The notes below the pieces were generated by a model. It had not been told where the DNA came from and ran no database searches. It saw only the letters and a program-made list of their open reading frames with translations. From an uncultured Acidobacteriota bacterium (GTDB lineage: Bacteria > Acidobacteriota > UBA6911), in NCBI GenBank assembly GCA_963809485.1, contig CAWEJX010000006.1, positions 160,001-224,000 of the forward strand: 64,000 nucleotides of DNA, read 5' to 3'. Positions 19,961 through 28,996 of this stretch are shown piece by piece. The translations under genes and the position numbers were made by a program. Numbering within the stretch: position 1 is the stretch's first letter; each line of letters begins with the position of its first letter.

Positions 19961-22018
19961 CTAATCGAAGAATTTGTGGCCGCAGTTTTCGCAGAATTTG
20001 CTGCCTTCAAGGGTTTCTGCGTGGCAATTCGGGCATACGGTCAGGCGTCCGCCCGAGCCTGAGGCGGACCCGGTCTGAACCATTCCACCTGCTCCCATGC
20101 CCGGAGTTATCACCGTCATCCCCGGCTGCGTGGCCCGCGTCGCCGCCATGGCAGTATCTCTCTGCGTTTCCATTCCCTTGGTGTACATTTCCTGCATCAT
20201 CTGGGCATACTGGCGGCTCATTTCCTTCAGGTCCGCCGTCCCCTGGTCCTTCATGGCCAGCATCCGGTCATAGACTCGCTGGATGTCCGCCGCCGAAGCA
20301 TTCTTGAACTTCTCCTGGAAAGCCTGTGCGACGGCGCCGCTTTTTTCGGCAGCCATGGCCAGGATCTGGTCTTCGCTGAATCCCTTGAGCGCTTCCGTGC
20401 GCTTGAGCTCCGCCAGCATCGCCGCCCGGTCTGCCGGTGCGGCGGCAATCAATGCCTCCGTCGACAAGGTGGATAGGGCCTGTATCTTTACCAGCTCCTG
20501 TTGGTGCCGTTGTGCTTCCGCTTTCATCTCGATTTCGGATACGCCGGCACGGGCCCGCAACTGACGCTCGATCTCCCGATCGGCATCCATCTGTTTTCTT
20601 TCCTTCATGAGATCCACCAGCTTCAGGCCGTCCGTTGCCTCCTGCATATCCAGCTCCTGTTCGGTCTGCCGCTCCAGGCGCTTTGCTTCAACCCGCTGCT
20701 TGATCGCCGCCCACTCCTGGGATTGGCGCGTCTCCATCTCCTTGCGGGATGCTTCCAGGCGGTGATCTAGCTGTGCCATTTCCTCGTCTCTCGTTGCATC
20801 CGTGATCGTGCGCTGCAAGGACAGCTTGCCAAGCATCTCGGCCTTCTGGAGCTCCGCCTGTTGCTCCAGCTTCAGCCGCTGTATCAGATGCTGGCGCAAT
20901 TGATCGTGATCTTCCTGTTTTTCGCTGAATTCACGCTGCAGCGTCTCATACTCGTCCTTGCGAAGGAACTTCTCCCTGTCCATTTCCATCATGAACTTCT
21001 CGAAATCGTCGTCGCTGCGGACTTTATCCATGCGATCGGATGCAACCGCCTTCCGCATCCGTTCGTAAACCCTGGCGCGCTCTTCGAACACATCCAGTTC
21101 CATGGCTGCCTTGGCGGTCTCCTGATCCAGGAGCTTGCGTTCGAGTCCGATGGTCTGGGCTCCCGCAAGCTGGGCCTCGAGGTCCTGGGCGTGCAGCCAG
21201 TATTCTTCCTTCTTTCCTGTCAATTCGTTCATGCGCGGATGCCGGAAATCAAAAATGCGCACATTGAGGAACGAAAGCCCTTTGCGGTCGAATGTTTTGG
21301 CCAGGTGCTGGGCGACGCCCTTTTCCATCTGCTGTTTGAAGGCAATGTCGGAGGAGAGCTCCAGCAAAGAGCGGCTCCGGATAAATTCCTGCAGGCAATT
21401 GTGCAGCTCCCCTTCCAGGAAGCTTTTGAGTTCGGCCAGCGGATAGTTTTGCCGGCTCTTCATCATGTTTTCGAAAAACTGCGTCGGATTGTCCATCTGC
21501 GCAACAAGGCGCGCATCGGCTGTAAGCCGGACCGGATCGCGCGTCAGCAGATCGGAAAACGAAAAAGGCAGCTCGATGTCGCCCGTATCGACCAGTACCG
21601 CCGTCGTAGTTTTCGAATTAAAGACATTCTTGATCTTTTGCAGCAGGCCGCCCATGTCATAGCGGCCCGGGTCAAGAATGCCCGATACCGCCCCGTTCAC
21701 GAAGAAAATGGCTTTCGTGCCGGCTTCAACAATCAGCCCACGTTTGAAGAATCCCTCGACATCGTCGACTTCCACTTTGGTAGCGAAGTCCTCGACTCGC
21801 CGGGCCCAACGATTGCCGGTCAGGGTGGGAGCGGCGCTTTCCGCGAGCGGCTTGCCGCAGTTGCCGCAGAACTTTTTATCTGCCGGAACCACGGCTCCGC
21901 AATTGTTGCACTTGATTTCCGATCCGGGCAGCCGTTCGCCGCAGCTTCCACAAAATCTGGAACCGGACTTGTTGGTGGCGTGGCATTTGGGACATTCGGT
22001 CTGAAATAATGGAACCAT
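19961..22018 (-). CDS. Double zinc ribbon + SPFH (band 7) + long coiled coil + C-terminal zinc ribbon protein
   Basis: CPKC/FCGSCG/CNNCG/FCGNCG; LIVEAGTKAIFFVNG...DPGRY; LLTRDPVRL; long E/K/Q/A-rich helical region; CPNC...FCENCG at C-terminus. Confidence 0.85.
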   Translation of the reverse strand: MVPLFQTECPKCHATNKSGSRFCGSCGERLPGSEIKCNNCGAVVPADKKFCGNCGKPLAESAAPTLTGNRWARRVEDFATKVEVDDVEGFFKRGLIVEAGTKAIFFVNGAVSGILDPGRYDMGGLLQKIKNVFNSKTTTAVLVDTGDIELPFSFSDLLTRDPVRLTADARLVAQMDNPTQFFENMMKSRQNYPLAELKSFLEGELHNCLQEFIRSRSLLELSSDIAFKQQMEKGVAQHLAKTFDRKGLSFLNVRIFDFRHPRMNELTGKKEEYWLHAQDLEAQLAGAQTIGLERKLLDQETAKAAMELDVFEERARVYERMRKAVASDRMDKVRSDDDFEKFMMEMDREKFLRKDEYETLQREFSEKQEDHDQLRQHLIQRLKLEQQAELQKAEMLGKLSLQRTITDATRDEEMAQLDHRLEASRKEMETRQSQEWAAIKQRVEAKRLERQTEQELDMQEATDGLKLVDLMKERKQMDADREIERQLRARAGVSEIEMKAEAQRHQQELVKIQALSTLSTEALIAAAPADRAAMLAELKRTEALKGFSEDQILAMAAEKSGAVAQAFQEKFKNASAADIQRVYDRMLAMKDQGTADLKEMSRQYAQMMQEMYTKGMETQRDTAMAATRATQPGMTVITPGMGAGGMVQTGSASGSGGRLTVCPNCHAETLEGSKFCENCGHKFFD

Positions 22019-22133
22019 GGCGAGTCTCCAAGATAGATGCTCAGTCCAACTGCAGCATGGAAACAGAGCAGTCATTTAATGGCCAGGGAACGAAAATTGA
22101 TGCAATCGAGCAAATACCCGTGGCCTGATATTA

Positions 22134-23744
22134 TCATGGCTTGAGCCCCTGTGTTCTTGGAATCTGAGGGATCCGCACAGTAATTTGGGCGGCGGAGCCT
22201 CCCAGCAATTCGATCGGCAGCGACCGGGAACCCAGAGGAAGCATGCTTGCCTCGCCCGGGCGAATTTCCTGCACCAGCCGGCGGCTTCCCGGCGAGCCCT
22301 GAACCTCAAAAAAAGCCTTGCAGGACGATTCTTTAAGCCAGAAAAAACCATGACGGCGGGTTCCTATGCGTGTGAGGCGGATGTGCCATAAATTTTCACC
22401 GTCAAAGCTCCGCCAGCCTTCTCCCACTTTCAAAGTGTGTTCCCCTTGCAGTCCCGCAAAAGGATCAAATATGGAAAACTCGATACCGCCATCGCGGGCA
22501 ATGGAGGATAGCACCTCCTCGGGCGCACGGAAGGGCTTCTGCCTGGCCTGAAGGATTCTCCGGATCTGCTCCCTTTCCTGAGGTGAAAAGGGTGAATTGG
22601 AAGAGCCGAGGACATTGCTTTCAAAGACCTCGCACAGCCTTGCGGTCAGTTCCTCGGAGCTCTGCTGCGAAATCATAGTATTTTCCAGCACCTGTTTCAG
22701 AATCAGATATTTTTTGCGGGAGATTTCGATCTTGCCTCGCAGCTCGTCAATCTCTTTCTGCTCCAGCTCCATGCGCAAGGTTTTCTCTTTGAGAGCCTGG
22801 TCTTTTTGCAGTGCGCGTACAACCTCATCAAAATGCTCTGCGTCCTCGATCTCGCGAAGTTTTCCCGCAAGGATCTCCTGGCGCCAGGCTCCGCGCAATC
22901 GGCTGATTTCCAATTCCGCTGCCAGTTTGCTCTTCTCCTGGGAAGCTTGTTCGAGTTTCTCATAAAGACTATCCAGGAATTCGCTGCGCAGCCTCGCCCG
23001 GAAAACTCGAACCAGTTCAAGCCCCGAATCCTCCGATGCCCTTGGGAGCCAGATGGATGCTTTTTCCATGCATGCGGATTCCATCCCCCGTGCCCCAACG
23101 ATGTCTTCACCGGAAAGTGAGGCCGCCCACTCTCGTGCCTCAGCCTGCAGGCCCTCGACGAGCTTGCCCCTGAATCCGGACGGCATCAGCGATGCGAGGT
23201 CTTGTGCAATGTCGATAAGCCTGTCCGGCCGCAATCGGAAGCACGCGTGGATCTGCAGGGAGAGCTGGCAATGGTCGGCGGCAAATAGGGGCTCGATGCA
23301 GAGTTCAAGCGGGAATTCGGCCTGGTTATACAGTACGGCCCTGGCATCGCTGTTGAGCCCTTTCCGGCCGGCAATCCTGTCGAGTGCTTTTGAACCATGT
23401 CGCCCGCCGGCAAGCCGCTCCTGAACGACGCATGCGTGCACAATCGCACATCGCCAGCCTTTGGGGACTACGAGGCCGCGTCTGGCTGTGTCCCACTCCA
23501 CCTGCCGAACAAGCGGTTCTTCCGCGGCGGAAACCCTTTGAGTCTCCTGCCTGGCTGCCTTCTCATCCTGCGGCCGCCCGGCTGTGGTCCCTCCAAAGCC
23601 GAAGATCTTCGCTGCCGGTTTCCGGATTTTTCGCGCAAAGCCGAGCAAAAGAGTAGTTGTAACGGCGCAGGTGAACGGTTTCCAGTAATCCCGTAGCCAT
23701 TCCAAAAGAGAAACCAGAAAGGAGCCCTCAGCCGGGAGTGCCAT
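22134..23744 (-). CDS. Membrane-anchored divergent SPFH-like coiled-coil protein
   Basis: N-terminal hydrophobic segment; RRGLVVPKGWRCAIV and AVLYNQAEFPLEL parallel the neighbouring SPFH domain; coiled coil; beta-rich C-terminus. Confidence 0.6.
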   Translation of the reverse strand: MALPAEGSFLVSLLEWLRDYWKPFTCAVTTTLLLGFARKIRKPAAKIFGFGGTTAGRPQDEKAARQETQRVSAAEEPLVRQVEWDTARRGLVVPKGWRCAIVHACVVQERLAGGRHGSKALDRIAGRKGLNSDARAVLYNQAEFPLELCIEPLFAADHCQLSLQIHACFRLRPDRLIDIAQDLASLMPSGFRGKLVEGLQAEAREWAASLSGEDIVGARGMESACMEKASIWLPRASEDSGLELVRVFRARLRSEFLDSLYEKLEQASQEKSKLAAELEISRLRGAWRQEILAGKLREIEDAEHFDEVVRALQKDQALKEKTLRMELEQKEIDELRGKIEISRKKYLILKQVLENTMISQQSSEELTARLCEVFESNVLGSSNSPFSPQEREQIRRILQARQKPFRAPEEVLSSIARDGGIEFSIFDPFAGLQGEHTLKVGEGWRSFDGENLWHIRLTRIGTRRHGFFWLKESSCKAFFEVQGSPGSRRLVQEIRPGEASMLPLGSRSLPIELLGGSAAQITVRIPQIPRTQGLKP

Positions 23745-23836
23745 ATATCCAGGTGCCTCTATTTGTCAGCCTTCGTTTTTGGATAGCGGCCGTTAACCAT
23801 CGTGATTTTGCCAAATGCTTCCTGGGAAGCCATGGG

Positions 23837-25048
23837 TCAGTTGCTTCGCGCGAATTCCTGAAAGCGGGATTCAAGCTTCCTGCCCCGCGCGGCATCCACA
23901 CGGATGCGATCGAATGCCGTATCAAAATCGTTTTTGTTGAGCGGACGCGTCCTGATCCGGTACCCCTGTATTTTCTCCCTGCCCCCGTCCACGCATCGAG
24001 GGATATCCCCGTTCAGGTCTTCCACCATGATGTTCACCGCCTGGTTCGTAAGCCTTTCAAGATCCCTCCCGCTAAACCATTCTGTACGCCTGACAATATC
24101 GTCGAGCGCATAATCCAGCGCATGTCCTTCCTTGAGGATCAGGATATCCAGGATGGACCGGCGGGCTTGATCGTCGGGAAGAGGAATGTAGATCCGTTTC
24201 TGGAACCGGCTCAGCACTGCGTCGTCAAGATCCCAGGGCGCGTTGGTGGCGGCGATGGTCAGAACGAAACGGTCTTCGCCCTTGTCGGCGAGGCCGTCCA
24301 GTTCCGACAGAATGGTGGACAATACCCTGCGCTCGGCTCCGGATTCGGAACCCTCTCCTCGCGGAAGGCAAAGGGATTCCACCTCGTCGATGAAGACAAC
24401 GGCGAAACCTTCATCCGCTTCGCTTCGCGCCGCATCGAAAAGAGCCGTGATCAGCTTGGACGATTCGCCAAAATATTTCGAAAGCAGACTGCCGGATTTG
24501 ACGTTGAAAAAGGTTGCACCAAGCCCGTTGCTGGTGGCGGCGGCAAGCAGCGTTTTTCCCGTCCCGGGCGGTCCGTAAAAAAGGATCCGGCGCCAGCCTT
24601 CGAGCTTCACTCCTTCGGGCTTCTGCGCAAGGGCAAGTCCGTAAGTGAATTTGATTTCCCGCTTGGTTTCCTCCAGTCCGCCGATCTGGTCCCAGGTTAC
24701 TTTGGACCGATGGATCATCGCCGCGATGTCGCGTGTGTATTCCCCGCGTTCTCCCGATTCCGGCTCCCGCAGGTCTTTGGGCGCAATCGGGGGCGACGGT
24801 TTCGCGGCGATCCTTCTTTTGCCTGATTTCAAGGCCTCGGCAATAGCAAGGTACTGCGCGGCTTTCTGCCTGCGCCGTTGCTCATCCTCACGCGTCAGCG
24901 CATAGTCGGCGTACGTTTTCATCAATTTGGCTGCTGCCACATAAGCAGCCGCGGCCTCAGCCCCATTGTTTTCCGCTTCCAGGGACCTTGCCTCAGCCAA
25001 AGCTTTATCGAGCGACATCTTCACGGCGCCGCTGAGATCGACCTTCAT
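23837..25048 (-). CDS. MIT-domain AAA ATPase, Vps4/CdvC/katanin-like (ATPase 2)
   Basis: N-terminal three-helix MIT-like region (AEAAAAYVAAAKLM...KAAQYLAIAEALK); VTWDQIGGL, WRRILFYGPPGTGKT, SKYFG, FIDE, ATNAPWDLD, SRFQKRIYIPLP. Confidence 0.88.
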   Translation of the reverse strand: MKVDLSGAVKMSLDKALAEARSLEAENNGAEAAAAYVAAAKLMKTYADYALTREDEQRRRQKAAQYLAIAEALKSGKRRIAAKPSPPIAPKDLREPESGERGEYTRDIAAMIHRSKVTWDQIGGLEETKREIKFTYGLALAQKPEGVKLEGWRRILFYGPPGTGKTLLAAATSNGLGATFFNVKSGSLLSKYFGESSKLITALFDAARSEADEGFAVVFIDEVESLCLPRGEGSESGAERRVLSTILSELDGLADKGEDRFVLTIAATNAPWDLDDAVLSRFQKRIYIPLPDDQARRSILDILILKEGHALDYALDDIVRRTEWFSGRDLERLTNQAVNIMVEDLNGDIPRCVDGGREKIQGYRIRTRPLNKNDFDTAFDRIRVDAARGRKLESRFQEFARSN

Positions 25049-25073
25049 GAATGACTCCCTTCACAGGCGAGGC

Positions 25074-25691
25074 CTATTCGTCCCGGACTTTTTCTGCCTT
25101 GATGGCCCGATTGATTTCCTCCTGATAGCGGTCGAGATCCTCTTCATCCGTGCCGCTTTCTTCTGCTTTTGCCATTTCCCCAATCGCCTTGTCGAACTGA
25201 GCGAACCCGGCGTCCTCCTTGACCTTGCCCCGGGTGACATCGATCTCCGCTTCACCCAGGATCTCCTCCAGCATATCCTGGAAAGCCTCGTCATCCACCT
25301 CGGCTGCGTCGATGGCCTTCTGGATGGAGCTTTCGCGGAAACGCACAATTATGTTCTGGAGGCTTTTGCGGTCCTTTTTCTTCTCCAGCATTTCCATTTT
25401 GCGCAGGAAAGAAGTCAGCGCAGTTTTTGAGAGCGACAGGCGGCGGAGATCCGTGTTGGTATAGCTGTTGTCGATCTCCAGCTGCCGCATCTCCCGGAAA
25501 AGGTCGCGCAGCAACTCCTGCTTTCCGGACCTCTTTGCCGCAACAGCTTCGCGGATCTTCTCCTGTTTGGTGCGCTCACTGACTTCCAGGTCGCGTCGTT
25601 TCTTCTTTTGTTCCCTGTCGATTTCCTTGAGCTGAACCTTGAGATCCGGGGCCGTTGGGGTTTTGCTGAAAAGACTGTTCCAGAAGTTCAT
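25074..25691 (-). CDS. ESCRT-III/Snf7-like protein 3
   Basis: 205 aa all-helical; amphipathic MNFWNSLFSK start; basic N-half with AKRSGKQE hairpin turn; acidic C-half; AAGGAG RBS. Confidence 0.72.
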   Translation of the reverse strand: MNFWNSLFSKTPTAPDLKVQLKEIDREQKKKRRDLEVSERTKQEKIREAVAAKRSGKQELLRDLFREMRQLEIDNSYTNTDLRRLSLSKTALTSFLRKMEMLEKKKDRKSLQNIIVRFRESSIQKAIDAAEVDDEAFQDMLEEILGEAEIDVTRGKVKEDAGFAQFDKAIGEMAKAEESGTDEEDLDRYQEEINRAIKAEKVRDE

Positions 25692-25741
25692 GATCTGTTC
25701 TCCTTTGCGTGATACGGTAACTTGGGGACCTGTGTATGCTT

Positions 25742-26353
25742 CTATTCCAGGTCGGCCTCTTTGTGTGTCCGCGGCGGCCGCTCCCGGCTGCTTTCCGGTC
25801 CTGGTCCGATGATTCGATTTTTGATTTCAGCCAGACGCTTTCGTTCGGCGGAATTGTTGACCGCCTCGGGCATCTGTGCGGTATTCTCGCCCGCGAGGCT
25901 CTCCCTTTTGTAAATTTCCAGGTTTTCCTCCACCTCTCCGATGAGCCGGTCAATCTGGTCTTCACTGACGCCGCGCGAGCGCATCGCCTCCATTTCCTGA
26001 ATTTTCGCGATCAGGTTGATGTGGAAATTTACATTCCCGTTATAAATACCTACCAGTTTCTCCAGGCTGTCGCGCTGGTTGCCGTAGCGCTCAATCCGAC
26101 GCAGGATGGTTGCCTCTTCCGTCGGAGAAAGCCCGCCTTTGCGGATCCTGTCCTCTTCCAGGAGCAGGGACTTTTCGAGCGCGATCAGCTGATCCTCGTG
26201 CTCCCTCAGTTCCATTTCATTCCTGCCCCGCTGCGCTTCCAGGCCCTTGAGCAGCTCGCGGGAATTCGCGGCCTTCAGGTATATATCCCGGGCATCATCG
26301 GGAACTTCAGCTCTTTGAAACAGGTTTTTCAGCTTGTCCATGACAGATAGCAT
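25742..26353 (-). CDS. ESCRT-III/Snf7-like protein 2
   Basis: 203 aa; amphipathic MDKLKNLF; helical hairpin around KGG; EDQIDRL helix; MIM1-like RLAEIK near the C-terminus; GGAGG RBS. Confidence 0.62.
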   Translation of the reverse strand: MLSVMDKLKNLFQRAEVPDDARDIYLKAANSRELLKGLEAQRGRNEMELREHEDQLIALEKSLLLEEDRIRKGGLSPTEEATILRRIERYGNQRDSLEKLVGIYNGNVNFHINLIAKIQEMEAMRSRGVSEDQIDRLIGEVEENLEIYKRESLAGENTAQMPEAVNNSAERKRLAEIKNRIIGPGPESSRERPPRTHKEADLE

Positions 26354-26362
26354 AGCGCCTCC

Positions 26363-27091
26363 CTAGTGTGCCGTTCTTTGTATCGCAAATCTTCCTTTGT
26401 GTTCGATGATTTGATAGCGCCCCTGGGAGGTTTCCACAGCTTCCTGCAAACCCGGGCGGCTGAGATGAAAATCAACGAGAAACGCATCCAGCGGGACTTG
26501 TCCGCCGGGGAAAAGCAAATCCGGGGCGGTGTTCATCGCTTTTTCAGCGCGTGTTCTTTCCTCTTCTGCCGTTTCCGGATTAAACAGATTTTTCCACGGA
26601 CCCTCACTGCCGAAAACCTGCCAGGCCGTTCCTTCAAAATGCTCCACGAGGTAGAAATGGATGTCGCTTCGATCAGGGGCATGGATCTTCCATGATTCCG
26701 GCCACCCTACGGGAGAATAGACTCCTATGCCGTGGGGGATGCCTTCCCTAATGTCGAGCCCCAAAGGGCCGGAAATTTGCTCCAAAAGGTTGTCGGCAGG
26801 GCGGAGCAGATCCTTTTCGCCCGTCAGCCCTGTGCCTTTGAGAGCGATGGCTGCCAGGCATAGACGGATCCGTTTAAGCAGACCGCTGCCAAATACAAAT
26901 CGCCGGACGTCGCCGAAGACTCTCTGCGGGGTTTGAACCTGAATTCCGGGGTCCGGGCGTATGATCTCGCCGGCTGAGGGGACTGCAATCTCGCGGCACG
27001 ATCGAACCTTCAGTTCGAAACGGCTCAGAAAGGCATCGCCAAGTCGTGTCTTTCCGTTAACGTCGCTTGTGTATGGATTCATCGGATTCAT
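26363..27091 (-). CDS. Hypothetical protein, possible C-terminal winged-helix domain
   Basis: Start overlaps the upstream ATPase stop (ATGA); C-terminal helices then beta hairpin RYQIIEHKGRFAIQR. Confidence 0.6.
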   Translation of the reverse strand: MNPMNPYTSDVNGKTRLGDAFLSRFELKVRSCREIAVPSAGEIIRPDPGIQVQTPQRVFGDVRRFVFGSGLLKRIRLCLAAIALKGTGLTGEKDLLRPADNLLEQISGPLGLDIREGIPHGIGVYSPVGWPESWKIHAPDRSDIHFYLVEHFEGTAWQVFGSEGPWKNLFNPETAEEERTRAEKAMNTAPDLLFPGGQVPLDAFLVDFHLSRPGLQEAVETSQGRYQIIEHKGRFAIQRTAH

Positions 27092-28221
27092 GCCGGTCCA
27101 CCGCCTTTGGCGAACTTTTTGTAGCGTTCCAGCATTGAAGGTGTAACCGACGGCGCCACCTCCGAAATTGCCCGTCTGACATCCTGGAGCGTCAGGACGG
27201 CCTCAGCGCCGCTGCGTATCTGACGCTGAAATGGAAAGTCCGTAGCTTTGATGCACACACCCACGATATCGGCTCCGCTGTAGCCTTCCAGGGAGCCGGC
27301 GACTTCATGCAAATCGATTCCGGGATCCATGGGTATGCCATCGAGGTTCAGGTGCAATATCTGCTCCCGGGCTTCGGCATCCGGAAGACCGATATAGAAT
27401 TTCTCGCCGAAGCGGCCTGTGCGAAGCGCTGCCTCATCCAAATCCCACGGACGGTTCGTGGCGCCCATCAGCAAAAGGCAGTTGGTGTTCGAATTCAGCC
27501 CGTCGACCTGGGAAAGGAATTCGGGGACTACGCGGTTCATCACCGTGGAGTTGCCACCGCGCTTGCCGACCAGCGCTTCTGTTTCATCCAGGAAAACGAT
27601 GGAGACCGGATAGCGCCGCGCCACGTCAAACAGCCGCGCGAGGTTTTGCTCGGCCACTCCCACCCACTGAGACATGATGCTGGAGCATTTCACGCTGAGA
27701 AACCGGGCATCCAGCTCGGTCGCGACGGCTTTGGCGATCATGGTTTTACCGGTTCCCGGAGGGCCGTAGAGCAGGATGCCGCCGCCCGCCCTCTTTTTAA
27801 ATCGATGGGCTGCATCCGGATGGCGAAAGGGATATAGGACGCGCAGATCGATAGCTTCTTTTACGGATTTCAGGCCCGCAATCTGATCAAACCGGATGTC
27901 CGGCTTTTCCGAGACTATCCATTTATCCTCCGGCGTCAGGTGATCATCCGCTTCCCTGGGCGATGCCGTCTGGAGTCTGCTTTGGTCCGCCCCCCGTTTG
28001 GGTGAGATTTGCTGCAGCGGAAGGCCGAAGGCCATATCGCGCAGGCGCAGGCTCTTTTCCCATCGGATTCGCTTCAGGCTGCCATCCGAATTCCGGGCTG
28101 CTTTGAGCAGGTATTTGGCGGCACGCAGCAGATGAATGCGAGCCCGGGCTTTATCTCCGGCTGTAAGATAATCGATACCCTGATCCTTGTTTTTTTCGTA
28201 TTGATCCAGGTAGAACTGCAT
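27088..28221 (-). CDS. MIT-domain AAA ATPase, Vps4/CdvC-like (ATPase 1)
   Basis: N-terminal three-helix region; IVSEKPDIRFDQIAGL, GILLYGPPGTGKT, SQWVG, FLDE, ATNRPWDLD; C-terminal PSVTPSMLERYKKF like the Vps4 C-helix. Confidence 0.9.
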   Translation of the reverse strand: MQFYLDQYEKNKDQGIDYLTAGDKARARIHLLRAAKYLLKAARNSDGSLKRIRWEKSLRLRDMAFGLPLQQISPKRGADQSRLQTASPREADDHLTPEDKWIVSEKPDIRFDQIAGLKSVKEAIDLRVLYPFRHPDAAHRFKKRAGGGILLYGPPGTGKTMIAKAVATELDARFLSVKCSSIMSQWVGVAEQNLARLFDVARRYPVSIVFLDETEALVGKRGGNSTVMNRVVPEFLSQVDGLNSNTNCLLLMGATNRPWDLDEAALRTGRFGEKFYIGLPDAEAREQILHLNLDGIPMDPGIDLHEVAGSLEGYSGADIVGVCIKATDFPFQRQIRSGAEAVLTLQDVRRAISEVAPSVTPSMLERYKKFAKGGGPA

Positions 28222-28252
28222 GGGAGCTGATCCGCGATGGCAAGCGGACTCC

Positions 28253-28855
28253 TTATTTTTGTTCCTTGTTCAGTTCCTCTTCAATGTCGGCAATGTCTTT
28301 GTCAATCTGATCATCAATCCCCTTGCGCTCCTCGTGAGCCACTTCCTCTTCAAGCATCTTCTCGATATCGCGATCACTTACCAGCTCCTCCTCGGAGCTT
28401 CCCTCGTAACCGAACATCGACTCCGATGTGGTTTCCAGGAAAGCATCCATGCGCTCTTCGATGCTTTCGGCCTTGGACATGGCCTTTTCAAAATTCACCT
28501 GGGTTTTGGCCATGTCCGTGGACCCGAAAACCTCGGCGATCGACTTGGAGAAAGCGTTCATAGCCTTGGCAAAATCGTAATGGCCTTCGGCCTGGTCCTT
28601 TAGTTGTGTGGCGGATTCCAGCGCCAAAAGCTGGCGTTCGAGCCGGATTTTGATGGTTGCTGTCTTTTTGATGGCCTTTTTAAGGAATTCATATTGATTC
28701 GTCCAGCCCAGCTTGCGCGCCCGCTTTGCTTTTTCGATGTAATCCAGTTCGTATTTCTCGTTGGCCTTGAGCTGACGCCGGATTTGGGTTAACGCCTTGC
28801 GCACCTGGATGTTTCGCTCGATTCGCCTTTCCTCTTTGGACTTGAAGAGACTCAT
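28253..28855 (-). CDS. ESCRT-III/Snf7-like protein 1 (Vps2/Vps24/Did2-like)
   Basis: 200 aa; MSLFKSK start; very basic helices 1-2 with ARKLG turn; QVNFEKAMSKAESIEERMD recalls CHMP2/3 helix 4; acidic tail. Confidence 0.82.
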   Translation of the reverse strand: MSLFKSKEERRIERNIQVRKALTQIRRQLKANEKYELDYIEKAKRARKLGWTNQYEFLKKAIKKTATIKIRLERQLLALESATQLKDQAEGHYDFAKAMNAFSKSIAEVFGSTDMAKTQVNFEKAMSKAESIEERMDAFLETTSESMFGYEGSSEEELVSDRDIEKMLEEEVAHEERKGIDDQIDKDIADIEEELNKEQK

Positions 28856-28996
28856 GCCTGGCCCCTTTCTTAAATCTTTTTGCGAGCTGCTTCCTGAACC
28901 CTGATCCCGGACTTGAGGAAGTGATCCCGGAGATCCTGCCTTGGCGGATAGCCGCGGAACCAGACTCTCCGCCGACAGGCTAATCGCCCGGGATTT

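Noticed and set aside
25074-28855. Reading the three helical proteins as ordinary PspA/Vipp1
   Set aside because: I see no PspA-type N-terminal signature and no pspBC/liaRS context; charge asymmetry and adjacent MIT ATPases fit Snf7-type better, though only profile searches can settle it
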